From the sequence record SRR22947727_793: a DNA stretch of 64,000 bases. The stretch is one strand, 5' to 3'. Made by a program: the position numbers and the translations under genes. The notes below the pieces were generated by a model. It was not told the origin of the DNA, did not search any database, and worked only from the letters and a program-made list of their open reading frames with translations. This document shows positions 28,691 to 38,831 of this stretch, piece by piece; positions within the stretch are counted from its first letter, which is position 1, and each line of letters starts with the position of its first letter.

Positions 28691-29962
28691 ATGACCCGCT
28701 TTTCCGCATGGACCGTATTTAAAGAAGGCATGAGAGGCCAAAAAGGCTGGGCCCGCCAATGGCGTGATCCCGATGTTAAAAAACACTATGATATTGTGAT
28801 TGTCGGCGGTGGGTTGCACGGCCTTGCCACGGCTTATTATCTGGCAGAAAACCACAAACTTAAAAATATTGCGGTTCTTGAAAAAGGCTGGATCGGTGGG
28901 GGAAATGCTGGGCGGAACACAACAATTGTACGCTCAAATTACGCGCGGCCGGGAAATCGGGAATTCTATGAAGATTCGCTGAAACTTTGGGAAAACCTGA
29001 GTTTTGAATTGAATTATAACGTGATGTTCTCGCAGCGCTCGCATATCACCCTTTTGCACAGCCCGGGCGCAATTGATGCGGTTGCACGCAATTACAATAT
29101 TATGCGCAGAACCGGCGCACCGGATGTAGAATTATGGGGATTAGAGTCGCTTAAGAAAGCCATTCCGCATCTAAATTATAACGATAATGCGCGGTTTCCA
29201 ATCTTAGGGGCGGCGGTGCATAAACGCGCCGGAACCGCGCGCCATGACGCTGTGGCCTGGGGCTATGCACGCGGCGCGGATAGCCGAGGCGTTGATATCA
29301 TTCAAAATTGCGAGGTAACCGGGATCACCCGCGCGGGCTCAAACGTCACCGCGCTGGAAACCACGCGCGGCACGATCCGCGCTGGCAAAGTGGCTTTGGC
29401 GGTAGCCGGAAGCACCTCACGCCTGTGGCAAATGGCCGGTCTGGGCGGATTGCCAATCGAAACTCATAAATTGCAGGCCTTTGTAAGCGAGCCGCTGAAA
29501 CCGCTTTTAGATCAAGTTGTGGTGTTCGGGATAGGCGGGGCGCATTTTTATATTTCGCAATCGGATAAGGGCGGAATGGTCTTCGGAGGCGACCTTGACT
29601 GGTATAAATCCTATGCGCAGCGCGGCAATCTGCCGATTGTGCAGGATGTGACCGAAGCGGCGATGTCGATCTTGCCTTGTTTGGGGCGGGTTAAGCTGCT
29701 GCGGCAATGGGCCGGCGTGGTCGATATGTCGATGGATGGTACACATTTCATCTGCAAAACGCCGCTCGACAACCTCTATCTGAACGCAGGTTGGAATTAT
29801 GGCGGGTTCAAAGCAACCCCAGCCTCAGGGTGGTGGTTTGCCGATTTGATTACCCAAGACCGCCCCCATAAAATGATCCGCGATTTTGATCTAAAACGCT
29901 TTGAACGCGGGCTGCATATTGATGAACGCGGGGCTGGATCAGACCCCAAATTACACGGATAA
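28691..29962 (+). CDS. soxB: Heterotetrameric sarcosine oxidase family beta subunit
   Basis: GGGLHGL, GGGNAGRNTTIVRSNY, GTARHDAVAWGYARGA, GGFKATP. Confidence 0.92.
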   Translation: MTRFSAWTVFKEGMRGQKGWARQWRDPDVKKHYDIVIVGGGLHGLATAYYLAENHKLKNIAVLEKGWIGGGNAGRNTTIVRSNYARPGNREFYEDSLKLWENLSFELNYNVMFSQRSHITLLHSPGAIDAVARNYNIMRRTGAPDVELWGLESLKKAIPHLNYNDNARFPILGAAVHKRAGTARHDAVAWGYARGADSRGVDIIQNCEVTGITRAGSNVTALETTRGTIRAGKVALAVAGSTSRLWQMAGLGGLPIETHKLQAFVSEPLKPLLDQVVVFGIGGAHFYISQSDKGGMVFGGDLDWYKSYAQRGNLPIVQDVTEAAMSILPCLGRVKLLRQWAGVVDMSMDGTHFICKTPLDNLYLNAGWNYGGFKATPASGWWFADLITQDRPHKMIRDFDLKRFERGLHIDERGAGSDPKLHG

Positions 29963-29973
29963 GGAAGCAACGC

Positions 29974-30258
29974 ATGATCCGAATTCCCTGCCCTTTTTGC
30001 GGCACCCGCGATCACAGCGAATTCAGCTATGGCGGCGATGGATCCATTGTCTATCCTGCCTTGGATGCCCCGATGACAGACTGGCATGAAGCGGTATTCC
30101 TGCGCGATAATCTCTGCGGTGTGCAAACCGAGACTTGGCAGCATCTGCAGGGTTGCCGCATGTGGTTGCGGGTTGAACGGGATACGATGACGCATGAAAT
30201 TCACTCGGTTACGCCCGCCCATCCTGGCATGGCCGCTGCGCTGGAGAGCGATCAATGA
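29974..30258 (+). CDS. soxD: Sarcosine oxidase delta subunit
   Basis: IPCPFCGTR..SEFSYGG, WQHLQGCRMW, RDT.THEI. Confidence 0.92.
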   Translation: MIRIPCPFCGTRDHSEFSYGGDGSIVYPALDAPMTDWHEAVFLRDNLCGVQTETWQHLQGCRMWLRVERDTMTHEIHSVTPAHPGMAAALESDQ

Positions 30259-33212
30259 GCGCGCGCCGTCTTGCAACCGGCGGTCGGATTGATCGCTCTA
30301 AGCCGGTGAAATTTACCTGGGATGGCCAGGAATTGCAGGGATTTCAGGGCGATACGCTGGCCTCTGCACTGATGGCGAACGGGCAGCGCGTTTTGGGGCG
30401 CAGTTTTAAATATCACCGCCCGCGCGGCGTGATGTCCGCGGGCGTCGAAGAATCCGGCGCGATTATCACGCTGGGCAGCGGCAATCGGGCAGAGCCAAAT
30501 GCCAAAGCCACGCTGCAAGAGCTTTATGCCGGGCTTGAAGCCTATGGCCAGAATGCATGGCCCAATGTGCGCCATGATTTTGGCGCGGTTTCGGGCCTGT
30601 TCAGCCGATTTTTCGCCGCGGGCTTCTATTATAAAACCTTCATGGGGTTGCCGCCCTTTGAATGGGGGCGCGGCACCGGTATCTGGATGAAATATGAAAA
30701 GCTGATCCGCAAAGCCGCGGGTATGGGAACAGCCTCGCGCGCCGCCGATCCAGATGCGTATGATCACGCGCATGCGTTTTGCGATATATTGGTTATTGGC
30801 GCCGGCCCGGCAGGATTAATAGCGGCGCTGACCGCCGCCAAGGCGGGCAAAGACGTGCTTTTGGTGGAACAAGATTTTGAACTGGGCGGAGATCTTCTTA
30901 ACTGCGTAGATGACACATCCGAAGCGCGGCGCCAATCGCTGATCCAATCCGTACAAAAAGCCGGTCTTCGCATAATGACTCGGACCACAGCCTTCGGCCT
31001 TTATGATCACGGAACGGCGGGCCTGCTTGAAAAGGTGAATGACCATCAAGGCCCACCTGCCCCGTATCAGCCCAGACAACGGATTTGGATCGTGCGGGCA
31101 CAGGCCACGATATTGGCCACCGGAGCGATTGAACGGAGCATCGCCTTTGGCGGTAATGATCGCCCGGGCGTGATGTCGGTGAATGCTGGCCGCGCCTATC
31201 TCAACCGCTACGGGATTTTACCCGGGCAGCGGATTGTAATCGCAACCAATAATGACAGCGCGTACCGCGCAGCCCGAGATCTCTCTAAAGCTGGCGCTGA
31301 AGTCACCCTGGTGGATGCACGTGCCACCAACACACCGTCTTTGCCGGATGGGTTGCGCCACGATAAAGGATATGCACCCTTGCAAACCTTTGGCAGGAAA
31401 AACCTGTCCGCCGTGCAATTGGCTGAACGCGACGAAACAGTCTGGCACGCCGCGCAAAAGTTAGATTGCGATTTGCTTTTGGTATCGGGGGGCTGGTCGC
31501 CGGTGGTAAACCTATCCTCCAACCGCGGCGCGGCACCGGGCTGGAACTCAGAAAATGCCTGTTTCTTACCAACACCCGCAACAGAGCCGTTGTTCTCTGC
31601 TGGTGCGGCCTGCGGGATCTGGCAACACGCAGCTTGTGAGGCTTCGGGGGTTGCTGCCGCGCAATCTGCGCTGGGAGAGCCTGCGCATCTTCCCAAACCC
31701 GGCGGGTGGGAAAACCCCATTCAGCCTATTTATGAAGTGCGCCTGCCAGAACAGAACGCAAAATCATTTGTGGATTTTCAGCATGATGTTACCAGCTCAG
31801 ATCTGCGGTTGGCGCATCAAGAGGGGTTTGTTTCTGTCGAGCATATGAAGCGGTATACAACGCTTGGCATGGCCACGGACCAAGGCAAGATGGGCAATGT
31901 GATCGGGCTTGCTTTGATGGCCGAAGCTCTGGGAAAAACCATACCCGAGGTCGGCACAACGCGGTTTCGCCCCCCCTATACCCCCGTCGCGATAGGCGCC
32001 TTTGCAGGGCGGCAGGTGGGCGCCCATTTTAAAGCGTTGCGCCGAACGCCACTGCATCACTGGAACCTCAAGCGCGGTGCGATCATGACCGATGCAGGCC
32101 TGTGGCACCGGCCTTGGTACTTTCCCAAAGCCGGCGAAACCATTGAAACCGCCTATATCCGCGAGGCGGGTCGCGTGCGCGAAACCGTAGGGGTTTGCGA
32201 TGTCAGCTCGCTTGGAAAAATTGCCGTGCAAGGGCCGGATAGTGGCGAGTTTTTGAACCGCGTTTACGTGAACGGCTTTGGCAAACTGCCCGTAGGCAAG
32301 GCCCGTTATGGCGTGATGCTGCGCGATGATGGGATGGTGATGGATGACGGCACCACTTGGCGGCTTGGTGAAGATGACTATTTAATGACAACGACCACCA
32401 CGAATGCTGGTAAAGTCATGGTCTGGCTGGAAGAGCTGCTGCAAACGCGCTGGCCCGAATTGCGCGTGCATCTGACCTCTGTTTCAGATCAATGGGCTGC
32501 GGTGTCTGTTGCCGGCCCCAAAGCGCGGCAAGTGATTGCCGATTGCCTGATCGACGCAGCCGTTATTTCGGCGGAGCACCTGCCTTTCATGGGCGTTACT
32601 AAAGCTGCGTTAAAAGGGGGTATTTCGGCTTGGATCGCGCGGATCAGCTTTTCCGGCGAATTGGCCTTTGAGGTTTTTGGCGAGGCTGGATATGGCGAGG
32701 CGATGATGGATCTGATCGACGGTGCCGCGAAGGCCGCCGATGGATGCCTCTACGGGTTAGAAGCGCTTGGCACGCTGCGCATCGAAAAAGGCCATGTGAC
32801 CGGAGCGGAGCTTGACGGCCGCGTGACGCTGGATGATGCCGGTTTGGGTAAAATGGCCTCACGCAAAAAAGCATTCATCGGCAATGCACTGCGCCAGCGC
32901 CCCGAGTTAAACCGCGAAAACCGCCCCCAATTGGTTGGTATTTTTCCCAAAAACCGGTCGCAAAATTTCAATGCAGGCGCGCTTTTAATTAGCCCCGGCG
33001 ATGAGGAGGGGTTTGGCGAAGGATGGGTAACGGCCGTAACCCATTCCCCCGCTTTGGGGCATTGGATCGGGCTGGGTTATATTTCGGGGGGGCAACGCCT
33101 TTGGGCCGATAAGCCGGTTACAGCAACCGACCCGCTGCGTAAAAATGATATAGCGGTTGAAATTGTTTCACCGCATATGTTTGACCCGACGGGAGAGCGG
33201 ATGCATGACTAG
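30255..33212 (+). CDS. soxA: Sarcosine oxidase alpha subunit
   Basis: GDTLASAL, RSFKYHRPRG, KRYTTLGMATDQGK, C-terminal GcvT-like folate domain. Confidence 0.95.
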   Translation: MSARRLATGGRIDRSKPVKFTWDGQELQGFQGDTLASALMANGQRVLGRSFKYHRPRGVMSAGVEESGAIITLGSGNRAEPNAKATLQELYAGLEAYGQNAWPNVRHDFGAVSGLFSRFFAAGFYYKTFMGLPPFEWGRGTGIWMKYEKLIRKAAGMGTASRAADPDAYDHAHAFCDILVIGAGPAGLIAALTAAKAGKDVLLVEQDFELGGDLLNCVDDTSEARRQSLIQSVQKAGLRIMTRTTAFGLYDHGTAGLLEKVNDHQGPPAPYQPRQRIWIVRAQATILATGAIERSIAFGGNDRPGVMSVNAGRAYLNRYGILPGQRIVIATNNDSAYRAARDLSKAGAEVTLVDARATNTPSLPDGLRHDKGYAPLQTFGRKNLSAVQLAERDETVWHAAQKLDCDLLLVSGGWSPVVNLSSNRGAAPGWNSENACFLPTPATEPLFSAGAACGIWQHAACEASGVAAAQSALGEPAHLPKPGGWENPIQPIYEVRLPEQNAKSFVDFQHDVTSSDLRLAHQEGFVSVEHMKRYTTLGMATDQGKMGNVIGLALMAEALGKTIPEVGTTRFRPPYTPVAIGAFAGRQVGAHFKALRRTPLHHWNLKRGAIMTDAGLWHRPWYFPKAGETIETAYIREAGRVRETVGVCDVSSLGKIAVQGPDSGEFLNRVYVNGFGKLPVGKARYGVMLRDDGMVMDDGTTWRLGEDDYLMTTTTTNAGKVMVWLEELLQTRWPELRVHLTSVSDQWAAVSVAGPKARQVIADCLIDAAVISAEHLPFMGVTKAALKGGISAWIARISFSGELAFEVFGEAGYGEAMMDLIDGAAKAADGCLYGLEALGTLRIEKGHVTGAELDGRVTLDDAGLGKMASRKKAFIGNALRQRPELNRENRPQLVGIFPKNRSQNFNAGALLISPGDEEGFGEGWVTAVTHSPALGHWIGLGYISGGQRLWADKPVTATDPLRKNDIAVEIVSPHMFDPTGERMHD

Positions 33213-33768
33213 CCCCCTATCAGCCTTAAATAATCGCGCGCAATTGGCGGCAGCGGCAACGCCGCAGATTCGTTTGCACGAGGTTCATCCCTTTTCACTG
33301 ATACAAATCTCTGCTTGGCCGGATAGGCTGGATCGGGTTGGACACCTGGCCGCGACAGCCGCCGGGTGCAGCGCGGTGGCGCGCCCTGGACGATCGCTGA
33401 CTGGTGGCGGGCAACATTTGCTGCGCGTAGAACCTTTGAAGTGGTGGGTGATCTCAGAGCGGGAAAATGTGCACTTGCCTGCCATAGATCGTCAGTTGGG
33501 AACGGTTTTAGACCTATCGCATTCGCGAACTTGGCTACGCTTGAGTGGCGATAAAACCCCGACATTGCTCAACCATTTTCTGCCGATTGATTTGCGCGAA
33601 AGCGCCTTTGCGACGGGGGCGGTGGCCTCAACCGCTCTGCACCATGTTGGCATTACGCTTTGGCGCGAAGCAGGTGCATATTCTCTGCTCATTCCGCGCA
33701 GTTTTGCCCTGTCACTCTGGGAGCTTGTGACTGAAACGGCGCAGCAATATGGTGTAGCAGTCAACTGA
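33205..33768 (+). CDS. soxG: Sarcosine oxidase gamma subunit
   Basis: DLSHSR, IDL, PRSFA; overlaps the soxA end. Confidence 0.85.
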   Translation: MTSPLSALNNRAQLAAAATPQIRLHEVHPFSLIQISAWPDRLDRVGHLAATAAGCSAVARPGRSLTGGGQHLLRVEPLKWWVISERENVHLPAIDRQLGTVLDLSHSRTWLRLSGDKTPTLLNHFLPIDLRESAFATGAVASTALHHVGITLWREAGAYSLLIPRSFALSLWELVTETAQQYGVAVN

Positions 33769-34218
33769 GTGGCGGATAATCATATCAGATACGGGCAGGT
33801 CAGCCTGCACGCCAAAGGGCTTAAATACACTCTTAAAGGGCATATATGTCGTTCCGCGCCAGCACGCTTGCGCCTGTATAAATGAATATCTCTTTACCCC
33901 ATTACCTTTGGAGGAAAAACCTTATTGCGATAACCGATCACCCGAAGTTGGATGAGATATCGGTGGAAGCCGTGTCAACGCGTTCGCGCCGGTAAAGAGC
34001 GCTGGGCTGCTTGAGTGACCATTTGCGCCTTATGCGCCGTGCAGATCAAAGCAAAAACTTTTGCGCATGCGTTTTGAGCAGTCTGGTCTTTACAGTCCGG
34101 CGCAAGGAACCGGGCCAATAAGTCTATGATACCGGAATATTCAAAGCCGCCGCAGAGACGCTATGGCACAAATCTGCTGGGCCGCCTCGCCCGAAAGGCG
34201 AGGCCAATCTTATAGGTG

Positions 34219-35241
34219 CTAGCGCGTTTGTTCAGAAAGAAATGCAACCAACGCATCTGGATGCGTATTGAAATACTGGTACCCATCAAACCGTTGGCCT
34301 GTACCAAACGGCGTGTCTTGATCGGGGCCAATCCAAACGATGCTATGCGCCGTTGGCGTTGCATCGATAATTTCTTGAATATCGTTCTGCCCGGTCTTTT
34401 GGTTGAACGTATAAACGTCATTTTTCACCTGCGCATAGAGCACGGGCACCGTAAGACTTGGAACATAATCAAGCGCTTCGGCAAATCCAAACCCGAATTC
34501 TTCTCGCTGCGCGTCCAGCACACGCCCAACCAGATCCAATCCGGTTTTGGCGCGAATGAAGCGATCAGTCATATTGTAAGACAATGTCGGTTGGTTGGCG
34601 ATTAACCCTTTAATTTGCGGGTTCGAAAACAAGTCTGATTCTTTTTTCCAGGCCCGAAAAGTTGCATTGGCGCCCATACATTGGCTGAGAAATAAAATAT
34701 CATCATCGCCAAACTGCGGATGCGCAAGCACATAACGCAAAGAGGCGGCAACATCCTACCACTCAGTGACCCCCGCGCCAACCAGTGCTTCGCTGCCGAT
34801 CGCCTCTGCGCCGAGGCCACCATCGCTTTCGCCTTGACCGCGATGATCATACATGACGATGTTGTAATTGGCGTCATGCAAATGTTTCACCATAGGCAGA
34901 AATTCCGCGGCAACACCGTCAAGCCCGGTATCTGAACCATAGCGCGTGGTTGTCAGTGGATGGTTCACGATCACCGTCTTATCCGATTGGGTCGGGCTTG
35001 GTATTTCCCACGCGCTCAGCCGAATATTATCCTTGGTAACAATATCGACATCGCTATAGAGCATCGCATAATCGCTGGGGGTTTTGGGAATTGCTAAACG
35101 CTTGGGGGCCACGCGCATTTTCACAATCTGGCTGACCAGCACCCGGTCTCTCAGATCAAACGGATTTGCAAACCATATAAACGCCGCAACGCCGATAAAA
35201 GCTGTGAACCCCGACAACACCCAGATGAATATTTTTTTCAT
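34219..35241 (-). pseudogene. Alpha/beta hydrolase interrupted by one in-frame TAG (34756-34758)
   Basis: The two ORFs share a frame: ...GVTEW*DVAASLRY...; YDHRGQGESD and SQCMG elbow. Confidence 0.8.
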
Positions 35242-35257
35242 TCCTTACACTCCGGAA

Positions 35258-35325
35258 ATATTGACACTGTCAATATGGGTAATAGGTGGCTTGTAGAGTG
35301 TCAATTTAAAATTTACACTGTAAAT
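35258..35325. promoter_or_regulatory. TetR-type operators
   Basis: Palindromes ATATTGACA-C-TGTCAATAT (35258-35276) and ATTTACA-C-TGTAAAT (35311-35325). Confidence 0.75.
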
Positions 35326-35343
35326 ATAATCACAGGAAAGCTA

Positions 35344-35937
35344 ATGGACGCTGCCCGCAAATATCACCATGGCAACCTCAAAGAAGCCTTTCTTAAGGCC
35401 GCCCGTGACCTGCTTGAACGCGACGGTCTTGGAGGATTATCTCTGCGCAAATGCGCCGAAAAAGTGGGCGTCAGCCATGCAGCTCCCAAAAACCATTTTG
35501 GCAATATAGCGGGCTTATTAACGGCCATGGTTACAACAGGATATGCAGAGCTCGCAGTGATGATGACGGCAGATGCCAACACAAACGCTGATCGCAAGCG
35601 ACGGCGAGACCAGGCGCTTTTGGGCTATGTCGCCTTCGCGCAAGCCAATCCCGCGCTCTATGATTTGATGTTCTCGCGGGACCGTTTGGTGCAGGATGAT
35701 CCCGACCTCCTACAACAGGTCAGAGCCTGTTTTGTGATATTGGCAGATTGTTCGGCTGAGCTTGGATGGCATCACGGATCGCTAGACGACAAAACGGGAA
35801 AGGGCCAAGTTGCAATGTGGAGCCTTGTGCATGGCTATGCGCAATTGGTCACGGCAGGGCGTTTCAAGAAAGACAATATGAAAGGCCTATCAATTCTGGA
35901 TATCCTGCCAATAATCGAACAGGATGGCCAAAACTAA
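35344..35937 (+). CDS. TetR/AcrR-family regulator (WHG-type C-terminus)
   Basis: YHHGNLK, LSLR..A..VGVSHAAP..HF, WSLVHG. Confidence 0.9.
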   Translation: MDAARKYHHGNLKEAFLKAARDLLERDGLGGLSLRKCAEKVGVSHAAPKNHFGNIAGLLTAMVTTGYAELAVMMTADANTNADRKRRRDQALLGYVAFAQANPALYDLMFSRDRLVQDDPDLLQQVRACFVILADCSAELGWHHGSLDDKTGKGQVAMWSLVHGYAQLVTAGRFKKDNMKGLSILDILPIIEQDGQN

Positions 35938-36045
35938 AACCACCGCAAAACATCACAAATTGCCCCCTACACAATCTAGTCAGCTGAAGATAAATGTAAG
36001 TATGGCAAACAAAATCTGCACTGGGGCGCGGCACAGATCCCCCAA

Positions 36046-37341
36046 CTATGACCTGCGTTTGATCCAATCGTTGAAGCCAAAATACCGATGCATCGCGGGT
36101 AAAAACCAGGGATTGCCATCATATAACGGGATCCGTGGCGGGGGTGGACCCCAAAATGCACTAGGTTGGTTGCCCGTACCCATCGCGGTTTCAGCAATTT
36201 TTTTCCCCAGCCAGCGCGCCCAAACCGTTCCAGACCCAGCATAGCCAGCTGCATAAAAAATACCGTCATTTTCAAAAAGCGCAGGTAATTCAGCCCGCGT
36301 AAACCCTACATTTCCCAGCCAGCAATATGCGATAGAACAGCCTGAAAGCTCTGGAAAAATTTGTGCCAGCTTCTGGTGGAGATACGCCACTGACCGCGCG
36401 CTGGGCCTGTGCCTATCAAAGCTACGCGACCCCAAAAGAATACGATCGCGCGCGGGCGTAGGCCTGAAATAACTATACAGTTTCGCCGTATTTCCATACA
36501 TCCGCAATTTTGGCATCAGATCTTTCACCGTTTCCGTGCCCAACGCTTCTGTCACGATAATACAACTTTGCGCGGGCACAAGACGACGACGCAGAAATTT
36601 ACCAAACTGATATTTGGTACCCGTATAAGCGTTGGTGGCAATAATCACCTTTCCGCCGATAACGTTGCCCCTATTCGTCACTACAGTTTTCTTGCCTAAA
36701 GACGTGCCAGTAATCTCTTCAACGCAGGTTTGTGCGTGAATGACCGCCCCCGCAGCTTGCGCAGCCTTCAAAAGGCCTGCAAAAAATTTACCGGGATGAA
36801 ACCCGCCGATTTCTTCACGCACCATGCCGCCAAAAAACAAATCCGTTTTAATTTCACTCTGCTGGTCAGATTTTGGCACCATAAACGCCTTATGGCCATC
36901 TATTGTGTTCAGCCTATCCGCTTCGCGGCACTGATTTTCATAGTCTTTTGAACTCATTGCACCGGTAAAGCGACCCGTCATCTGCAGATCGCATTCAATC
37001 TGTTCTTCGGCACAAAATTTGGCAAGATCAAGCCGGGCTTCGATACCTTCGGCATAAACTGCATCCGCATAATCTACTCCGCTTTTTGCGCTGAGAGCGC
37101 TATGCGATAGCCTGATTTGACCACTGCAAATCCCACCATTGCGCGTAGAGGCTGCAAAGCCAGGCACGCCGCTGTCCAGCACCCGCACTGAATGCCCCTG
37201 CCGAGCGATCGTTAGGGCAGCAGAAAGCCCCGTATAGCCCGCGCCCACAATCACATAATCAGCCTCTAAAGGCAGGTTCACCTCGCCAGACGCCTGCCAG
37301 AGCCCCTGCTCAATTTCCCACCAAAACGGACTGTGTTTCAT
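36046..37341 (-). CDS. FAD-dependent amine/amino acid oxidoreductase (DadA/PuuB-like)
   Basis: VIVGAGYTGLS, ASTRNGG, IIATNAY, GYAGSG. Confidence 0.85.
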   Translation of the reverse strand: MKHSPFWWEIEQGLWQASGEVNLPLEADYVIVGAGYTGLSAALTIARQGHSVRVLDSGVPGFAASTRNGGICSGQIRLSHSALSAKSGVDYADAVYAEGIEARLDLAKFCAEEQIECDLQMTGRFTGAMSSKDYENQCREADRLNTIDGHKAFMVPKSDQQSEIKTDLFFGGMVREEIGGFHPGKFFAGLLKAAQAAGAVIHAQTCVEEITGTSLGKKTVVTNRGNVIGGKVIIATNAYTGTKYQFGKFLRRRLVPAQSCIIVTEALGTETVKDLMPKLRMYGNTAKLYSYFRPTPARDRILLGSRSFDRHRPSARSVAYLHQKLAQIFPELSGCSIAYCWLGNVGFTRAELPALFENDGIFYAAGYAGSGTVWARWLGKKIAETAMGTGNQPSAFWGPPPPRIPLYDGNPWFLPAMHRYFGFNDWIKRRS

Positions 37342-37656
37342 AATATGCCTCACCGTGCTGAAAACACACCAAAATGACAGGAGGCGAAAGTCAAGCAAAA
37401 CCGCAGTACCGCAACCATGTGTGAACAGTGCAACGCAAAATCCCAATGGCAGAGGGTTGCGCGCGATAAATCCAATAAACCCGCAAAAAATTCTAAATTA
37501 TGCGCGCCCCGCACAAACCAATAAGCCCATTTTTAGAGAATATATCTGCGCAATAAAAAACTGGGCAGAAGAAATATATCTCAAAATCATATTTTAATAG
37601 CCAAATGCACAGATCTGCTTTTAACCTAATCGGGTAGATCTATTTGGGAGGGACCT

Positions 37657-38283
37657 ATGTTTTTATCAAGAAGAATAAGCATGCCATTCACCGGCAAACG
37701 CGAAATCGCAGCCGATCGCCTGCGCAATGCAGCCGGCATTATGATGCGCAATGGCGCTTTGGCGGCTTGGACGCAGCAAGTGCTGGGTGGTTATTATAGC
37801 CCCGGAACGCTGCTTTTGCACACGGCCTTTGAATCGATGGAGCACAGCATGACTGTGGGCCAAAATCTGATGGGTGATCCGGCTTGGGCCAAATTGATGC
37901 TCGAACGCGAATTATCGCCCTCGGCGGAGGTTGTTGGGCCAGAATTATTTAGGCGGGTTGCGGGCGAAAATGGGGCAGATGACAATGAAGCGTCCATGGT
38001 GCGTGAATATGTGTTGCCGCGCGAAAACATCGCGGGCGCGGTCGCGCTGCTGCCCGAAGCTCAAAAAATGCTAAGCGGTCATAGCGTCGACGTAAACATG
38101 TGGGCCCCCGTTATCGCTGCAGATATGCAACGGTTTTATATCGTTTATTCGGGGCGCGATATCACAACGCTTGGAAAGGCGGTGGATGAAGTGGGCGTGT
38201 CAAAAGAGTTTCAGGACATGCTTGTCAAAGCCTCGCAATTGGGAACGCTTGACCGAGCGTGGATGATGGCAACGCTCAAGTAA
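37657..38283 (+). CDS. Hypothetical protein, probable tandem NIPSNAP-like/dimeric alpha-beta barrel domains
   Basis: RBS GGGAGG; two similar halves of about 100 aa (AFESMEH...GDPAW and GRDITTL...SKEF). Confidence 0.6.
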   Translation: MFLSRRISMPFTGKREIAADRLRNAAGIMMRNGALAAWTQQVLGGYYSPGTLLLHTAFESMEHSMTVGQNLMGDPAWAKLMLERELSPSAEVVGPELFRRVAGENGADDNEASMVREYVLPRENIAGAVALLPEAQKMLSGHSVDVNMWAPVIAADMQRFYIVYSGRDITTLGKAVDEVGVSKEFQDMLVKASQLGTLDRAWMMATLK

Positions 38284-38337
38284 ATAAAATCGGGCGGCTA
38301 AATGGCGAAGGAAGGTTCCTCTTGATCAGCCGGCTGG

Positions 38338-38371
38338 CATATGGGCAGGGGATGATCCCCTTTTCATATGC
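38338..38371. terminator. Hairpin between convergent genes
   Basis: GCATATG..GGGGA/TCCCC..CATATGC imperfect stem. Confidence 0.4.
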
Positions 38372-38395
38372 GCCGCCGTGAGGCAGAGAGCTGGT

Positions 38396-38581
38396 TTATT
38401 TTAGCGTATCATCCAGCAAGCGCTGTTTGGCATCTGCGCTTATAGAAACCACGATAGCTTTTGCAATATCGGGCACTGGCGAGACCTTCTTTTTGTCTTT
38501 TTCTTCAACGCTATCTAGGCGCTGAGCCTCTTTTAACGCAGCTGCCAGTTGGGCTGTGGTGGTTTGAGACACAGGGTTCAC
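38396..38581 (-). CDS. Small hypothetical protein
   Basis: GTG at 38581 with GGAGG upstream; ends VVSISADAKQRLLDDTLK. Confidence 0.5.
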   Translation of the reverse strand: MNPVSQTTTAQLAAALKEAQRLDSVEEKDKKKVSPVPDIAKAIVVSISADAKQRLLDDTLK

Positions 38582-38831
38582 AAAGCTTCCTCCAAAGCTT
38601 AAAATAGCACAAAACCGGAAATCTGTGTAGGGGGTTTCACAGATCTGATCCATCTTCTTACCCTCCAACCCAAGAAAAAGCGCGGGGTGCCGATACACCC
38701 CACGCATTTCAATGTTTTTGATAGGTGGCGGGCTTGGCGTTAGGCGGCACAATTCAGTATAGCTGCCAGAAAACCCCTCATAAAATTTACAAGCTTTGCA
38801 ACACGCCGCTTTACCAGCAATAAGCCCTCCC

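Noticed and set aside
33769..34218. Possible ncRNA or IS remnant after soxG
   Set aside because: No terminal repeats, transposase fragment or recognisable RNA motif seen
34756..34758. Pyrrolysine or programmed readthrough at the in-frame TAG
   Set aside because: No pyl genes in view and not expected in this lineage; a point mutation or sequencing error is simpler
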